Shown: positions 8,782 to 18,756 of the stretch, one piece after another
Layout of the letters: every line of letters begins with the position of its first letter
How positions within the stretch are numbered: position 1 is the stretch's first letter
NCBI GenBank assembly: GCA_029012285.1
Contig: JAQXLU010000038.1
Span: forward strand, 4,440-68,439
Origin: Clostridiales bacterium
GTDB taxonomy: Bacteria; Bacillota; Clostridia; Christensenellales; Aristaeellaceae
Reading direction: 5' to 3'
DNA: 64,000 nucleotides
The notes under the pieces: generated by a model
The model's input: only the letters and a program-made list of their open reading frames with translations
Database searches by the model: none
What the model was told of the DNA's origin: nothing
Made by a program: the position numbers and the translations under genes

Positions 8782-10335
8782 ATGAAGAGAATCCTTGCCC
8801 TGGCGCTGGCCCTGATGATGATCATGGCTGCTACTGCCGCCTGCGCCGACGGTGTGACCCTGACCTTCTTCGACAAGAACTCCGGCACCCGCACCTTCGA
8901 CGATCCCGTCGCCATGGAGCTGATGAAGCGCACCGGCGTGAACATTGAGCTGGTGGCCCCCACCGGCGATCCCGCCGAGAAGCTGGCCCTGATGCTGGCC
9001 GGCCTGAACTACCCCGACATTGTGCTGATGGATCGCTCCAGCGATATCGTCAAGCAGTACATTGAGGCGGGCGCGCTGGTGAACCTGTCCGACTACATGG
9101 ATCTGATGCCCAATGTGGTGGCTATGTACGGCGAAACGCTGAACAAGACCCGCTACGAGGATGGCAACAACTACTACCTGTCCAACTGGTACGGCTACGA
9201 TCCCGACCCCGTCAACGGCTTCATCTGCCGCTACGACTACATGTGCGAGATGGTCGGCAAGGAGCGCGCCGACAGCGGCAAACCCTTCACCTACTCCGAG
9301 TTTGTGCAGCTGCTGCGGGACTGGAAGGCCAAGCATCCGCAAATCGACGGCAAGGACACCATTGCGGTGGAGCTGGCCGCGCCCAGCTCCGGCGCCATCA
9401 GCGGGGTGTTCTCCGGCATGAACGGCATGTATCCCTACTATGTGGATGAAAACAACAATCTGTCCCTGACCGTGTATGATCCGCTGTTCCTCACCGCCAT
9501 CCATCAGATGAACGACCTGTTCACCGAAGGCCTGCTGGACGTGGAATGGACCAGCAACAACAACGAGCTCCTGCAGCAGAAGCTCAGCCAGAACAATGTG
9601 TTCTGCGTTGCCGCCGCTTACTGGGACTGCGACGTGGCGTCCCGCGCGTTGATGGCCGCTGGCAACCCTGACGCGGAATACCTGGCTTTCAAGGTGGTGG
9701 CGGACGGCGTTGATCCCGATAAGACCACCCTGGCTGGCCGCAGCTCCCTGGGCTGGGACGCCATTGGCATCACCACCAACTGCGAGAACATCGAGGCTGC
9801 CTGCAAGTTCATCGACTACTGCGCCAGCCAGGAGGGCCAGGATCTGCTGCTGTGGGGCATCGAGGGGCAGGACTGGGAGCGCGTGAACGGCGTGCGTACC
9901 CCCATTGGCGACATTGTGGATCGCTGGCAGGCCGATTCCTCCAACACCGTGAACCAGACCGGCATCTGCAAGTGGACCTGGTTTGTCAAAAACAGCACCC
10001 ATGAGGATGACGGCACCACCAACCGTATCTGGTACAACGAGAAGAACCGCTCCAACCGTTACGCCTACCTGAACCTGACCAACACCTACTACGATTCTGC
10101 TGTGTTCTCCGCGCTGGAGCCCTCCGGTTCCACCATTGAAGCCCTGCAGTATCAGCGCTGCATCGACCTGTTCAACACCGCCTATCCCAAGATGGTCAAC
10201 GCTGCCTCTCAGGCGGAGTGCGATGCGGTGTACAATCAGCTGCTCAAGGATCTCAAGAGTGCCGGTGTGGCGTCTGTGCAGGAATACATGACCGAGCAGT
10301 ATCAGAATCGTCTGCTGCTTTGGGGCATGGAGTAA
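8782..10335 (+). CDS. ABC transporter extracellular solute-binding lipoprotein (large LplA-type, family 1)
   Basis: The ATG at 8782 lies 8 nt after AAAGGAGG. The signal peptide is MKRILALALALMMIMAATAAC with a lipobox Cys. The protein is about 517 aa, the size and character of oligosaccharide-binding proteins that pair with LplB/LplC permeases. Confidence 0.85.
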   Translation: MKRILALALALMMIMAATAACADGVTLTFFDKNSGTRTFDDPVAMELMKRTGVNIELVAPTGDPAEKLALMLAGLNYPDIVLMDRSSDIVKQYIEAGALVNLSDYMDLMPNVVAMYGETLNKTRYEDGNNYYLSNWYGYDPDPVNGFICRYDYMCEMVGKERADSGKPFTYSEFVQLLRDWKAKHPQIDGKDTIAVELAAPSSGAISGVFSGMNGMYPYYVDENNNLSLTVYDPLFLTAIHQMNDLFTEGLLDVEWTSNNNELLQQKLSQNNVFCVAAAYWDCDVASRALMAAGNPDAEYLAFKVVADGVDPDKTTLAGRSSLGWDAIGITTNCENIEAACKFIDYCASQEGQDLLLWGIEGQDWERVNGVRTPIGDIVDRWQADSSNTVNQTGICKWTWFVKNSTHEDDGTTNRIWYNEKNRSNRYAYLNLTNTYYDSAVFSALEPSGSTIEALQYQRCIDLFNTAYPKMVNAASQAECDAVYNQLLKDLKSAGVASVQEYMTEQYQNRLLLWGME

Positions 10336-10427
10336 TCCCATTTCCTTGCCCAAGGTTCGATCCATCTGACCTTCGAGGGGCAGTTTGACAACAGACTGCC
10401 CCTCCCCTATCATACGGAGGAGTCAAG

Positions 10428-11384
10428 ATGTCTGTGATGCAACAAAAGGCGCCGAGGCCACATCGGGTGGCACTGACCCGCAGGCTCTACGATCAGCGCT
10501 ACCTCTTTCTGCTGATGCTGCCTGCGCTGGTGTGGGTCATCCTGATCTGCTATGCGCCCATGACCGGCCTGTACATGGCCTTCACCAACTACAAGCCCAC
10601 CAAGTTGGGCTACTGGCATGACCTGACCTCGGCCAGGTTTGTGGGCCTGCAGTGGTTTGAATACTTTTTCCAGAATGGCTTTGCCAATATCATGCGCAAC
10701 ACGCTCATCACCAGTGTGCTGACGTTGCTGTTTTCCTTCCCTGCGCCCATCATTCTGGCCCTGATGCTCAACGAGGTGCAGAATGCGCATATCAAGAAAT
10801 TCATCCAAACGGCATCCTATCTGCCCTACTTCATCAGCTGGGTGATTGCGGCCAATATCTTCCTGACCTTCCTGAGCTCCAACGGCCTGGTGAATGATCT
10901 GCTGCTGGCCCTGGGGCTGACGAAGGAGCGTATCCTGTTCTTCCAGGATGGACCGACCTTCTGGTGGATCATCGCCATTGCCAACACCTGGAAGAGCATT
11001 GGCTATAATGCCATCATCTACCTGTCTGCCATCTCCGGCATTGAGCAGCAGCTCTACGAGGCCGCCGACGTGGACGGCGCCAACCGTGTGCAGAAGATGT
11101 GCCACATCACCCTGCCCGCCATTCTGCCGCAGATCTGCGTGCTGCTGATTCTGGCCGTCGGCGGTATCCTCAGCACAGGCTTTGAGCAGCAGCTGCTCAT
11201 GGGCAACAACGCCATTCTGGATTACTCCGACGTGCTGGACACCTACTCTTACCGCTACGGCCTGACAAAGGGCATGTACAGCTACGGTACTGCGGTGGGT
11301 CTGTTCAAGTCCATCGTCTCGTTCATCCTGGTGATGAGCGCCAACAAGATCACAGCGAAGCTCAATGGCTCCGCGCTGTTCTAA
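10428..11384 (+). CDS. ABC transporter permease (LplB/YteP type)
   Basis: It is a multi-pass membrane protein with an EAA-like loop (..YEAADVDGANRVQKMCHITLP..). The RBS is GGAGGAG. Confidence 0.85.
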   Translation: MSVMQQKAPRPHRVALTRRLYDQRYLFLLMLPALVWVILICYAPMTGLYMAFTNYKPTKLGYWHDLTSARFVGLQWFEYFFQNGFANIMRNTLITSVLTLLFSFPAPIILALMLNEVQNAHIKKFIQTASYLPYFISWVIAANIFLTFLSSNGLVNDLLLALGLTKERILFFQDGPTFWWIIAIANTWKSIGYNAIIYLSAISGIEQQLYEAADVDGANRVQKMCHITLPAILPQICVLLILAVGGILSTGFEQQLLMGNNAILDYSDVLDTYSYRYGLTKGMYSYGTAVGLFKSIVSFILVMSANKITAKLNGSALF

Positions 11385-11400
11385 GAAAGGAGGATGCGCC

Positions 11401-12327
11401 ATGCAAAATACCGCTGCGATGGGTTTGAGACCGAAGAAAATCAGGCGGCCCCGCACCCCTGGTGAATGGATGCTTGATATCTTCAAGGTTCTCTTCCTGA
11501 CGGTTGTTGCCGTGATCACGGTGTATCCCTTCTGGAACGTGTTCATCGTGTCCATCAACGATGCCACGGACGCTGTACGAGGCGGGCTGTACCTGTGGCC
11601 CCGCGTGTTCTCGCTGCAGAGCTACCAGAATATCCTCACCCGCTCTGATTTCCAGCATTCCATCCTCATCACCGTGGCCCGTACAGTGATTGGTACGCCG
11701 CTGGCAGTGCTGTGTACGGCCATGGCTGCCTACACCCTGAGCCGCAAAGAACTGATGGGTGGCAAGTTCTGGAATTTGCTGTTCGTCTTCACCATGTACT
11801 TTGGCGGCGGTCAGGTGCCCTACTACATGGTGCTCAAGGGGCTGGGCCTGCTGGACAACTTCTGGGTTTTCATTTTCCCGCTCATCATGAGTGTGTACAA
11901 TATGATCCTCATCAAGAGCTACATTGCGTCCATGCCGGAGAGCCTGTTTGAAGCGGTCAAGATCGACGGCGGCAACGATCTGGTGATCTTCTTCCGTTTC
12001 GTGCTGCCCCTGGCCAAGCCAATCCTGATGACGGTGGCGCTGTTTGTGGCCATCAACCAGTGGAACAGCTGGTTCGACGCCAATCTGTATACCAGCAGCG
12101 AAAACCTCAAGCCCATGCAGTCCAAACTGGTGGAAATCCTCAATCAGTACCAGACCGGCGCAACCACCTCCCAGCAGATGTCCAACGCCAAGACGGGCGT
12201 CACGGTGACCGCGGACTCCATCCGCATGGCGGCAACCATGGTGGCTACCCTGCCCATCATCATGATCTATCCCTTCATTCAGAAGTACTTCGTCAAGGGC
12301 ATCATGCTGGGCGCGGTGAAGGGCTGA
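11401..12327 (+). CDS. ABC transporter permease (LplC/YtcP type)
   Basis: The ATG at 11401 follows AAGGAGG. The loop reads ..FEAVKIDGGNDLVIFFRFVLPLAKP.., and there are six predicted TM segments. Confidence 0.85.
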   Translation: MQNTAAMGLRPKKIRRPRTPGEWMLDIFKVLFLTVVAVITVYPFWNVFIVSINDATDAVRGGLYLWPRVFSLQSYQNILTRSDFQHSILITVARTVIGTPLAVLCTAMAAYTLSRKELMGGKFWNLLFVFTMYFGGGQVPYYMVLKGLGLLDNFWVFIFPLIMSVYNMILIKSYIASMPESLFEAVKIDGGNDLVIFFRFVLPLAKPILMTVALFVAINQWNSWFDANLYTSSENLKPMQSKLVEILNQYQTGATTSQQMSNAKTGVTVTADSIRMAATMVATLPIIMIYPFIQKYFVKGIMLGAVKG

Positions 12328-12346
12328 GCCCCTTCCGGAACAGGCG

Positions 12347-12372
12347 TGCCGCGTCCTCCCTGCGACGCGGCA
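12347..12372 (+). terminator. Hairpin TGCCGCGTC/GACGCGGCA followed by a T-rich stretch, possibly a weak intra-operon terminator or attenuator
   Basis: A perfect 9-bp inverted repeat read directly, followed by TTCCTGATTCTCTTTCC. Confidence 0.3.
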
Positions 12373-12460
12373 TTCCTGATTCTCTTTCCTGTACCCCCTG
12401 AAAATGCAGGTGAATGGCGCCGCGTGCATCAGCGCATAGCCATTCAGGAGGGATGATAGC

Positions 12461-14380
12461 ATGTATCAGTGGAGAAATGCCGGCCAGGGCTGCTTCGTGC
12501 TTGTTCACGCCGGTCAGTACGTGCTGGATGCCTATGCGGCGGCGCAGCATGCCGACGGCAGAAAAATCGACACCCGGGAGGCTTCGCTGTGCAGCGAACG
12601 CCAGGAGGGCCATCGCATGGTGCTGTGCTTTGCCGGGGACAACGGGCTGATCCTGGAGGAATACCTGGATGTGGAGGACGGTGTGCCCACGGCCAGATGC
12701 GTGCTGCGCGACGCCACCGGTGCACCGGTGACGACCAGCCGCTTAACACCGCTGGTGCTGCGCGACAGCCGCAGGGAGCCGGAGGGGAAACTGGAGCTGT
12801 GGAAGTCCCTGTGGACGCGGATGCTCACCGTCCCCTACGACAACACCATGTGGCTGCGCTTTGAGGCGCTGCCGCTGCGATCGGGCCGGGTCAGCTATGA
12901 CCTGACGTTGCTCACGGACGGGCAGAGCCGGGAGGGCCTGCTGGTTGGCGCACTGGACTTCTCCGACTGGAAGAACGCCCTGCTATGCTCGGCCTATGAC
13001 GCGCGGACGCTGGAGGCTGTCAGCGGCTGGGCAGATGGGGGCAGCCACGACACGATGTCCCACGGCTCGCTTTGCGGCGAGGCGGTATCGTCCAGCACCT
13101 TCTGTGTGATGCACGGCAAGGACTGGCGCGAGTTACTGGAGCGCTACGGCGATGTGATTCGCGCCCGACAGGGACGCCTTGTCTGGCCCGAGGGAAACCC
13201 TTTTGGCTACAACAGCTGGGCGGGTCTGGCCTCCCGGCTGAATGAGGAGAGCTTCCGTCATACGGCGGAATTCCTGCGGGAGGAGCTGCGTCCGGCGGGA
13301 TTTGAGAACGAGGGCGTCAGCTATGTGAATCTGGACGCCATGTGGCAGCCCATTGGCGAGGCCGGGCTGAAGCGCCTGCGGGACGATCAGCATGCGCAGG
13401 GCCAGCGGGCGGGCATCTATGACGCGCCCTTTGCCTTCTTCGGGCGGGATGTGAAGGCGGAGATTCCCGGACAGCGCGGGCACTGCTTTGAGGAAATTCT
13501 CCTGCGGGACGATCAGGGCCGTCTGCTGCCCCGGGTGGACGGAGCCATCCCCATGGATGTGACGCATCCACTGTGGGAGGCCTATACCCGGGAGAAGTAC
13601 GAGCGCTTCATCGCCTGGGGCTATGAATATGTGAAGGTGGACTTCATGTCCCATGGCGGGATGGAGGGCGTGCATGCCGATGCTTCCGTGCGCACGGGCC
13701 GGCAGGCCATCAACCGTGGCTACCGCTTCCTGGCGGAGCTGCTCAGCCCGGAGCGTGTGGGCAGGCCTTTCTTTATCAGCCTGAGCATCGCGCCCATGTT
13801 CCCCTGCGGCTGGGGGCATGCGCGGCGCTTCTCCTGCGACGCCTTTGGCACCGCCGAGGATGTTGAGTATGTGCTCAACGCTCAGACCTACGGCTGGTGG
13901 CAGAACCGCAGGCTCTATGCCTTCAATGACCCGGATCACATTGTGCTGCTGCGCTCCTTCTGCATGGAGCGTGACAGCACCGAGGGCGAGGCCCGGGCAC
14001 GCTACACCACGGCGGTCATTGCTGGGGGCGTGATGATGCTCAGCGATGATTATGACCGGCCTGAGGCCATGGCCCGTGCACGCATGCTTGCCACCAACCG
14101 GGAGGTCAACGCTGTGGCCCGTGCCCGCGCGGATTTCCGCCCGACGGACATGGCGGGCGTATCAGCCTGCCGGGCCTATACCGCCCGGATCGGCGACAGG
14201 GAGTATCTTGCGCTCTTTGCCCTGCAGGAAGGCGAAACCCTGCGGGTAGACTGCCGCCGCGAGGGCATTGCCCAGGGATGCTGGCGCGACCTGTGGACGG
14301 GCAGGATCTACTGCACCGACCAGGGCGTTCTCACCTGGCGGAGCGAGGGATGCGATGCCCTGCTGCTCATTGCGGAATAA
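12461..14380 (+). CDS. Clan GH-D (GH27/GH36-like) alpha-galactosidase-type glycoside hydrolase
   Basis: The RBS AGGAGGGA lies 7 nt upstream. The motifs YEYVKVDFM and RRFSCDAFG resemble the clan-D nucleophile (K-x-D) and acid/base (R-x-S-x-D) contexts. The gene sits directly upstream of a bona fide GH36 gene. Confidence 0.6.
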   Translation: MYQWRNAGQGCFVLVHAGQYVLDAYAAAQHADGRKIDTREASLCSERQEGHRMVLCFAGDNGLILEEYLDVEDGVPTARCVLRDATGAPVTTSRLTPLVLRDSRREPEGKLELWKSLWTRMLTVPYDNTMWLRFEALPLRSGRVSYDLTLLTDGQSREGLLVGALDFSDWKNALLCSAYDARTLEAVSGWADGGSHDTMSHGSLCGEAVSSSTFCVMHGKDWRELLERYGDVIRARQGRLVWPEGNPFGYNSWAGLASRLNEESFRHTAEFLREELRPAGFENEGVSYVNLDAMWQPIGEAGLKRLRDDQHAQGQRAGIYDAPFAFFGRDVKAEIPGQRGHCFEEILLRDDQGRLLPRVDGAIPMDVTHPLWEAYTREKYERFIAWGYEYVKVDFMSHGGMEGVHADASVRTGRQAINRGYRFLAELLSPERVGRPFFISLSIAPMFPCGWGHARRFSCDAFGTAEDVEYVLNAQTYGWWQNRRLYAFNDPDHIVLLRSFCMERDSTEGEARARYTTAVIAGGVMMLSDDYDRPEAMARARMLATNREVNAVARARADFRPTDMAGVSACRAYTARIGDREYLALFALQEGETLRVDCRREGIAQGCWRDLWTGRIYCTDQGVLTWRSEGCDALLLIAE

Positions 14381-14406
14381 ATGATGATGAAAGGAAGGAT
14401 GGCTCC

Positions 14407-16605
14407 ATGTCAATCCTTTATGATGAAGCTGCTTCGACTCTGACCCTTCACACGGCGCACACCACCTATCAAATGAAGGTGATGCACCATGGTCAGCTGA
14501 TCCACACCTATTATGGCCCTCGCTGCGAGGGAGATATGAGCTATCTGATCCAGTACCGTGACCGGGGCTTCAGCGGGAATCCCTTTGACGCGGGCATGGA
14601 CCGCACCGTCAGCTGCGATGTGCTGCCCCTGGAGTATCCCTGCGAGGGCAACGGCGATTACCGTCATACGGCCTTTGGTGCGCATGACGGTAGGGGGGTC
14701 AGCGGCTGCGACCTGCGCTACGTCAGCCACGCCATTGAGCAGGGCAAGTACAGCCTGCCCGGTATGCCCGCTGTGTTTGCATCCGATGCGGAAGCGCAGA
14801 CCTTGCGGGTGGAGCTGCGGGACGAACGCCTCCCCGTAGAGGTGACGCTGCTCTACGGCGTATTACCCGAAAGGGACTGCATCACCCGCAGCGCCATCAT
14901 CCGCAATGCCGGCCAGGAGGATGTGGTGCTGGAAAATGCCGCCAGTGCCGCCCTCGACTTCCTGACGGGCGATTTCGACCTGATGCACTTCTATGGTAGG
15001 CATACCGCGGAGCGTACCCTTGAACGCACCCCGGTGACGCATCAGGAGACGGTGATCGGCTCCCGGCGGGGCACCTCCAGCCATCAGCAGAATCCCTTTG
15101 TCATTCTGGCAGAGCATGAAACCGGCGAGGATCACGGACGGTGCATCGGCGTGTCGCTGATGTGGAGCGGCTCCTTCTCCTGCCGCGCGGGCAAGGACAG
15201 CTATGACCAGACGCGCCTGACCATGGGCATCCAGGAGGAGCGGTTTAACTATCTGCTCACCCCTGGTGAGACCTTCACCGCGCCAGAAGCCGTGATGATT
15301 CTCACTGACCGCGGTCTGACCGACTTGAGCCAGCGCTTCCATCACCTCATCAGCGGCCATATCATCCGCGACCCCTGGAAAGGCCAGGAGCGTCCCGTGC
15401 TCATCAATAACTGGGAAGCCACCTACATGGACTTTACCGGGGAGAAAATTGTTCAGATTGCCCGGCAGGCCGCAGAACTGGGCGTGGACATGATGGTGCT
15501 GGACGACGGCTGGTTCGGCAGGCGCTGCAGCGACCATGACGGACTGGGCGACTGGCAGGTGAACGAAGCCAAGCTGGGGTGCACCATGCATGAGCTGGTC
15601 GCGAGGGTCAAGGCCCTGGGCATGCGCTTCGGGCTGTGGATTGAGCCGGAAATGGTGAACATGGCCTCCGATCTGTTCCGGCAGCATCCTGACTGGGCGT
15701 TCATCATCCCCGGCAAGCGGCCCGTTCGCAGCCGCGATCAGCTGGTACTGGACTTCTCCCGCAGGGAGGTGGTGGACAATATCTGCGCCCAGCTCTTCAG
15801 CGTGCTGGACGGCTGCGGCATCGACTACATCAAGATGGATATGAACCGCTCCATCAACGATGTGTATTCCGCCGTCCTGGAGCATCAAAGCCAGGGCAGG
15901 GTGCTGTACCAATATGTGCTGGGCGTGTATGATTTCATGGAGCGGCTGCGCATGCGCTATCCTTCGATGCTGATTGAGGGCTGCTCCGGGGGCGGCGGGC
16001 GCTTTGACGCGGGCATGCTCTACTACACGCCGCAAATCTGGTGCAGCGACATGACCGACCCGATCGAGCGCATCCGCATCCAGTACGGCACATCCTTCGG
16101 CTACCCCGTTCACTGCATGGGGGCGCATGTATCCGTATCGCCCAACGAGCAGACGGGCCGCGTAACGCCCATCAACACCCGCGCGGTGGTGGCGATGGCG
16201 GGCACCTTCGGGTATGAGCTGGACCTGAATCTGGTTTCCGAGGAGGATCAGGCCGCCGTCCGGCAGCAGATTCGGGATTTCAAGCGCTGGCAGCATCTGA
16301 TGCAGGACGGGCTGTATTTCCGCCTGACCGATGGGCTGGATAACCGCGAGGAAGCCGCCTGGATGCTGATGGCCAAGGACCGCAGTGAAGCGCTGCTGAG
16401 CATCGTGACCCTGGACATCCATGACAACGCGCCCATCCGCTACATCCGCTTAAAGGGACTGGAGGCGGAGGCGGTGTATCGGGATGCGCAAAGCGGCCAA
16501 ACCTACACTGGCGCGGCGCTGATGTACGCGGGATTGCCTGTGCCCAAGCATCGGGGCGAGTACGTGGCGTGGCAGATTCATCTGATCCGGGAGCAGCATA
16601 CATAA
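14407..16605 (+). CDS. GH36 alpha-galactosidase (AgaA/RafA-like)
   Basis: The start is MSILYDEAASTLTLHTAHTTYQMKV. Diagnostic blocks are LDDGWFG.R.....LGDW, IDYIKMDMNR and CSGGGGRFD. The ATG at 14407 follows AAAGGAAGGA. Confidence 0.9.
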   Translation: MSILYDEAASTLTLHTAHTTYQMKVMHHGQLIHTYYGPRCEGDMSYLIQYRDRGFSGNPFDAGMDRTVSCDVLPLEYPCEGNGDYRHTAFGAHDGRGVSGCDLRYVSHAIEQGKYSLPGMPAVFASDAEAQTLRVELRDERLPVEVTLLYGVLPERDCITRSAIIRNAGQEDVVLENAASAALDFLTGDFDLMHFYGRHTAERTLERTPVTHQETVIGSRRGTSSHQQNPFVILAEHETGEDHGRCIGVSLMWSGSFSCRAGKDSYDQTRLTMGIQEERFNYLLTPGETFTAPEAVMILTDRGLTDLSQRFHHLISGHIIRDPWKGQERPVLINNWEATYMDFTGEKIVQIARQAAELGVDMMVLDDGWFGRRCSDHDGLGDWQVNEAKLGCTMHELVARVKALGMRFGLWIEPEMVNMASDLFRQHPDWAFIIPGKRPVRSRDQLVLDFSRREVVDNICAQLFSVLDGCGIDYIKMDMNRSINDVYSAVLEHQSQGRVLYQYVLGVYDFMERLRMRYPSMLIEGCSGGGGRFDAGMLYYTPQIWCSDMTDPIERIRIQYGTSFGYPVHCMGAHVSVSPNEQTGRVTPINTRAVVAMAGTFGYELDLNLVSEEDQAAVRQQIRDFKRWQHLMQDGLYFRLTDGLDNREEAAWMLMAKDRSEALLSIVTLDIHDNAPIRYIRLKGLEAEAVYRDAQSGQTYTGAALMYAGLPVPKHRGEYVAWQIHLIREQHT

Positions 16606-16639
16606 GAAGGGCAGGCCCATCGCCTGAGGAGGGATATGG

Positions 16640-18469
16640 ATGGCTGATTTCACATCGCGGTTCGCACGCATCAGGGATGAGCTGAAATGGCTCTTCTATG
16701 AGCTGTATGCCGAGCTGCCCATGGAGGAGCGGACGCGCTGCTTTGCCCTCCTGACAGAAAGTCTGAGTGCCTTTGCCGCGCAGCGCAGCGAGCCGCTGAA
16801 GCAGCTGGATCTGGCCCGCGAAGCACAGCCTGACTGGTATCAGTCCCGGCAGCTGTTGGGCATGTGCCTATATGTGAAGGAGTTTGCCGGCAGCCTGCGG
16901 GGCGTGCAGGAAAAGCTGCCCTATCTGGAAAGCCTGGGCGTGAATTACCTCCACCTGATGCCCCTGCTGGACACGGTGGATGGTGAAAGCGACGGCGGGT
17001 ACGCTGTGTCCGACTTCCGCCGTGTGAAGCCGGAGCTTGGCACCATGGAGGATCTGGAGGCCTTCATCGCCGACTGCCATGCCCGGGGGATATCCTGCTG
17101 CATGGACTTCGTGATGAACCACACCGGCTCCAGCCATGAATGGGCCCGCCGTGCCAAGGCAGGCGAGCGGCAATACCAGGATTACTACTTCTTCTATGAC
17201 AACTGGGACATCCCCAACGAGTTTGAAAAGACAGTCCCCCAGGTTTTCCCGACCACCGCGCCGGGGAGCTTCACATGGGTGCCGGAATGCGGCAAGGTGG
17301 TCATGACCAGCTTCTATCCCTACCAGTGGGACTTGAACTACCGCAATCCCGCCGTGTTTCAGGCGATGCTGGAAAACCTGTTGTATCTGGCGAACCGGGG
17401 CATTGACGTGATCCGCATTGACGCCGTGCCCTACATCTGGAAGCAGCTGGGGACGGATTGCCGCAACCTGCCACAGGTGCACAGCATCGTGCGCATGTGC
17501 CGTCTGATTTGCGAGGCTGTCTGCCCTGGCGTGATCCTGCTGGGCGAGGTGGTCATGGCGCCGGAAAAGCTGGCGCCCTACTTTGGCCCGACAGATAAGC
17601 CTGAGTGTCACATGCTCTATAACGCCACCACCATGTGTACCCTGTGGCACACGGTGGCAACCCATGACGCGCGGCTTCTGCGTCATCAGCTGGATGTGCT
17701 GGCTACGCTGCCCAGGAGCTATGTGTTCCTCAATTACGTCCGCTGCCATGACGATATTGGCTGGGGGCTGGATTACCGCTATTTGGCCGGGTTCGGCATG
17801 CAGGAGGTGCCCCATAAGGCGTTCCTCAACGCATGGTTTGTGGGAGAATACCCAGGCAGCCCCTCCCGCGGGGAACGCTATAATGATGATCCCCGTTTGG
17901 GCGATGCGCGCATGTGCGGCACAATAGCCTCCCTGACCGGTGTGGAAACCGCCCAGGATGCTGATGCTCTGGACAAGGCCCTCCGCCTTGACCTGATGCT
18001 GCACGCCTTCATCCTCACCCAGAGCGGCCTGCCCATTCTCTATGCGGGGGATGAGGTGGCGCAATTCAACGACGACACCTATCGCCTGGATCCCCTCAGG
18101 GCAGAGGACAGCCGCAATCTGCACCGGGGCATGTTTGACTGGAAGAAGGCGGAAAAACGCTTCAACCCCGATACGCCGCAGGGCAGGCTGTTCCAGGGGC
18201 TGCGCCGTCTGGTACAGGTGCGCAGGGAGAATCCCGCCTTTGCCGTGAACGCGGTATGTCACACCGTCGACCTGCCATCGCCGTCGTTGCTGGGATTGGT
18301 GCGTGAAGCCGAAGGCCAGACGCTCTACGCACTGTTCAACTTTGGCGATGAGCCCGCCGGCATCCATCTCCCGTGGGCGGAAAACACCATCGACCTGCTG
18401 AGCGGGGAAACGCCACCGGATGTCCTTCCTGCTGGCGGCTTTGTCTGGATGACGGAAAAGACCCATTGA
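16640..18469 (+). CDS. GH13 alpha-amylase-family enzyme, amylosucrase/sucrose-hydrolase-like
   Basis: GH13 regions are present: CCMDFVMNHT, GIDVIRIDAVPYIWK, LLGEVVM and YVRCHDDIGW. The size (609 aa) and N-terminal helical domain fit amylosucrase-type rather than sucrose-phosphorylase-type enzymes. Confidence 0.75.
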   Translation: MADFTSRFARIRDELKWLFYELYAELPMEERTRCFALLTESLSAFAAQRSEPLKQLDLAREAQPDWYQSRQLLGMCLYVKEFAGSLRGVQEKLPYLESLGVNYLHLMPLLDTVDGESDGGYAVSDFRRVKPELGTMEDLEAFIADCHARGISCCMDFVMNHTGSSHEWARRAKAGERQYQDYYFFYDNWDIPNEFEKTVPQVFPTTAPGSFTWVPECGKVVMTSFYPYQWDLNYRNPAVFQAMLENLLYLANRGIDVIRIDAVPYIWKQLGTDCRNLPQVHSIVRMCRLICEAVCPGVILLGEVVMAPEKLAPYFGPTDKPECHMLYNATTMCTLWHTVATHDARLLRHQLDVLATLPRSYVFLNYVRCHDDIGWGLDYRYLAGFGMQEVPHKAFLNAWFVGEYPGSPSRGERYNDDPRLGDARMCGTIASLTGVETAQDADALDKALRLDLMLHAFILTQSGLPILYAGDEVAQFNDDTYRLDPLRAEDSRNLHRGMFDWKKAEKRFNPDTPQGRLFQGLRRLVQVRRENPAFAVNAVCHTVDLPSPSLLGLVREAEGQTLYALFNFGDEPAGIHLPWAENTIDLLSGETPPDVLPAGGFVWMTEKTH

Positions 18470-18486
18470 CGAAGGGCGGTGTGCCT

Positions 18487-18756
18487 ATGCAAACCACAAG
18501 CTATCTGGTTGTGCCGGAACGAACCACGATGCATGCAGGGGTGGTTTTCGCCCTCTGCCGCATCGCGCACCGCTATCCCAACACGACTGTCTCCTTGAAA
18601 AGCAACGGGCGCGAGGCATTGCTGGACCGTGCGATCAGTGTAGCTGCCCTGAACATACGCGGAGGCGATTCCGTGACCATACAAGCGGAGGGCGCAGAGG
18701 TCAGGGCTGCTGTTCACGCGGTGACCGAGGTGCTCACAGAGCCCGGATGCGTTTAG
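18487..18756 (+). CDS. Divergent HPr-like phosphocarrier-fold protein (89 aa)
   Basis: By hand it aligns along its full length with HPr: TMHAGVVFALCRIAHRY against GIHARPATVLVQTASKY, and VTIQAEGAEVRAAVHAVTEVL against ITISASGADENDALNALEETM. His is retained, while the Arg17 and Ser46 equivalents are replaced. Confidence 0.6.
   Translation: MQTTSYLVVPERTTMHAGVVFALCRIAHRYPNTTVSLKSNGREALLDRAISVAALNIRGGDSVTIQAEGAEVRAAVHAVTEVLTEPGCV

Noticed and set aside
8518-10413. Upstream 632 codons of tracked ORF 7639..10413 (924 aa)
   Set aside because: Only the last 292 codons (the AraC regulator from ATG 8517) are credible. The remainder is antisense to the solute-binding-protein gene and has low-complexity G/A/V/H-rich sequence.
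10410-12462. ORFs 10410..11567 and 11362..12462 on the minus strand
   Set aside because: They are antisense to the two permease genes, lack membrane or enzyme motifs, and are high-GC shadow ORFs.
14863-18466. ORFs 14863..16422 (519 aa) and 16868..18466 (532 aa) on the minus strand
   Set aside because: They are antisense to the GH36 and GH13 genes, which both carry unambiguous catalytic motifs, and have no RBS or family signal.
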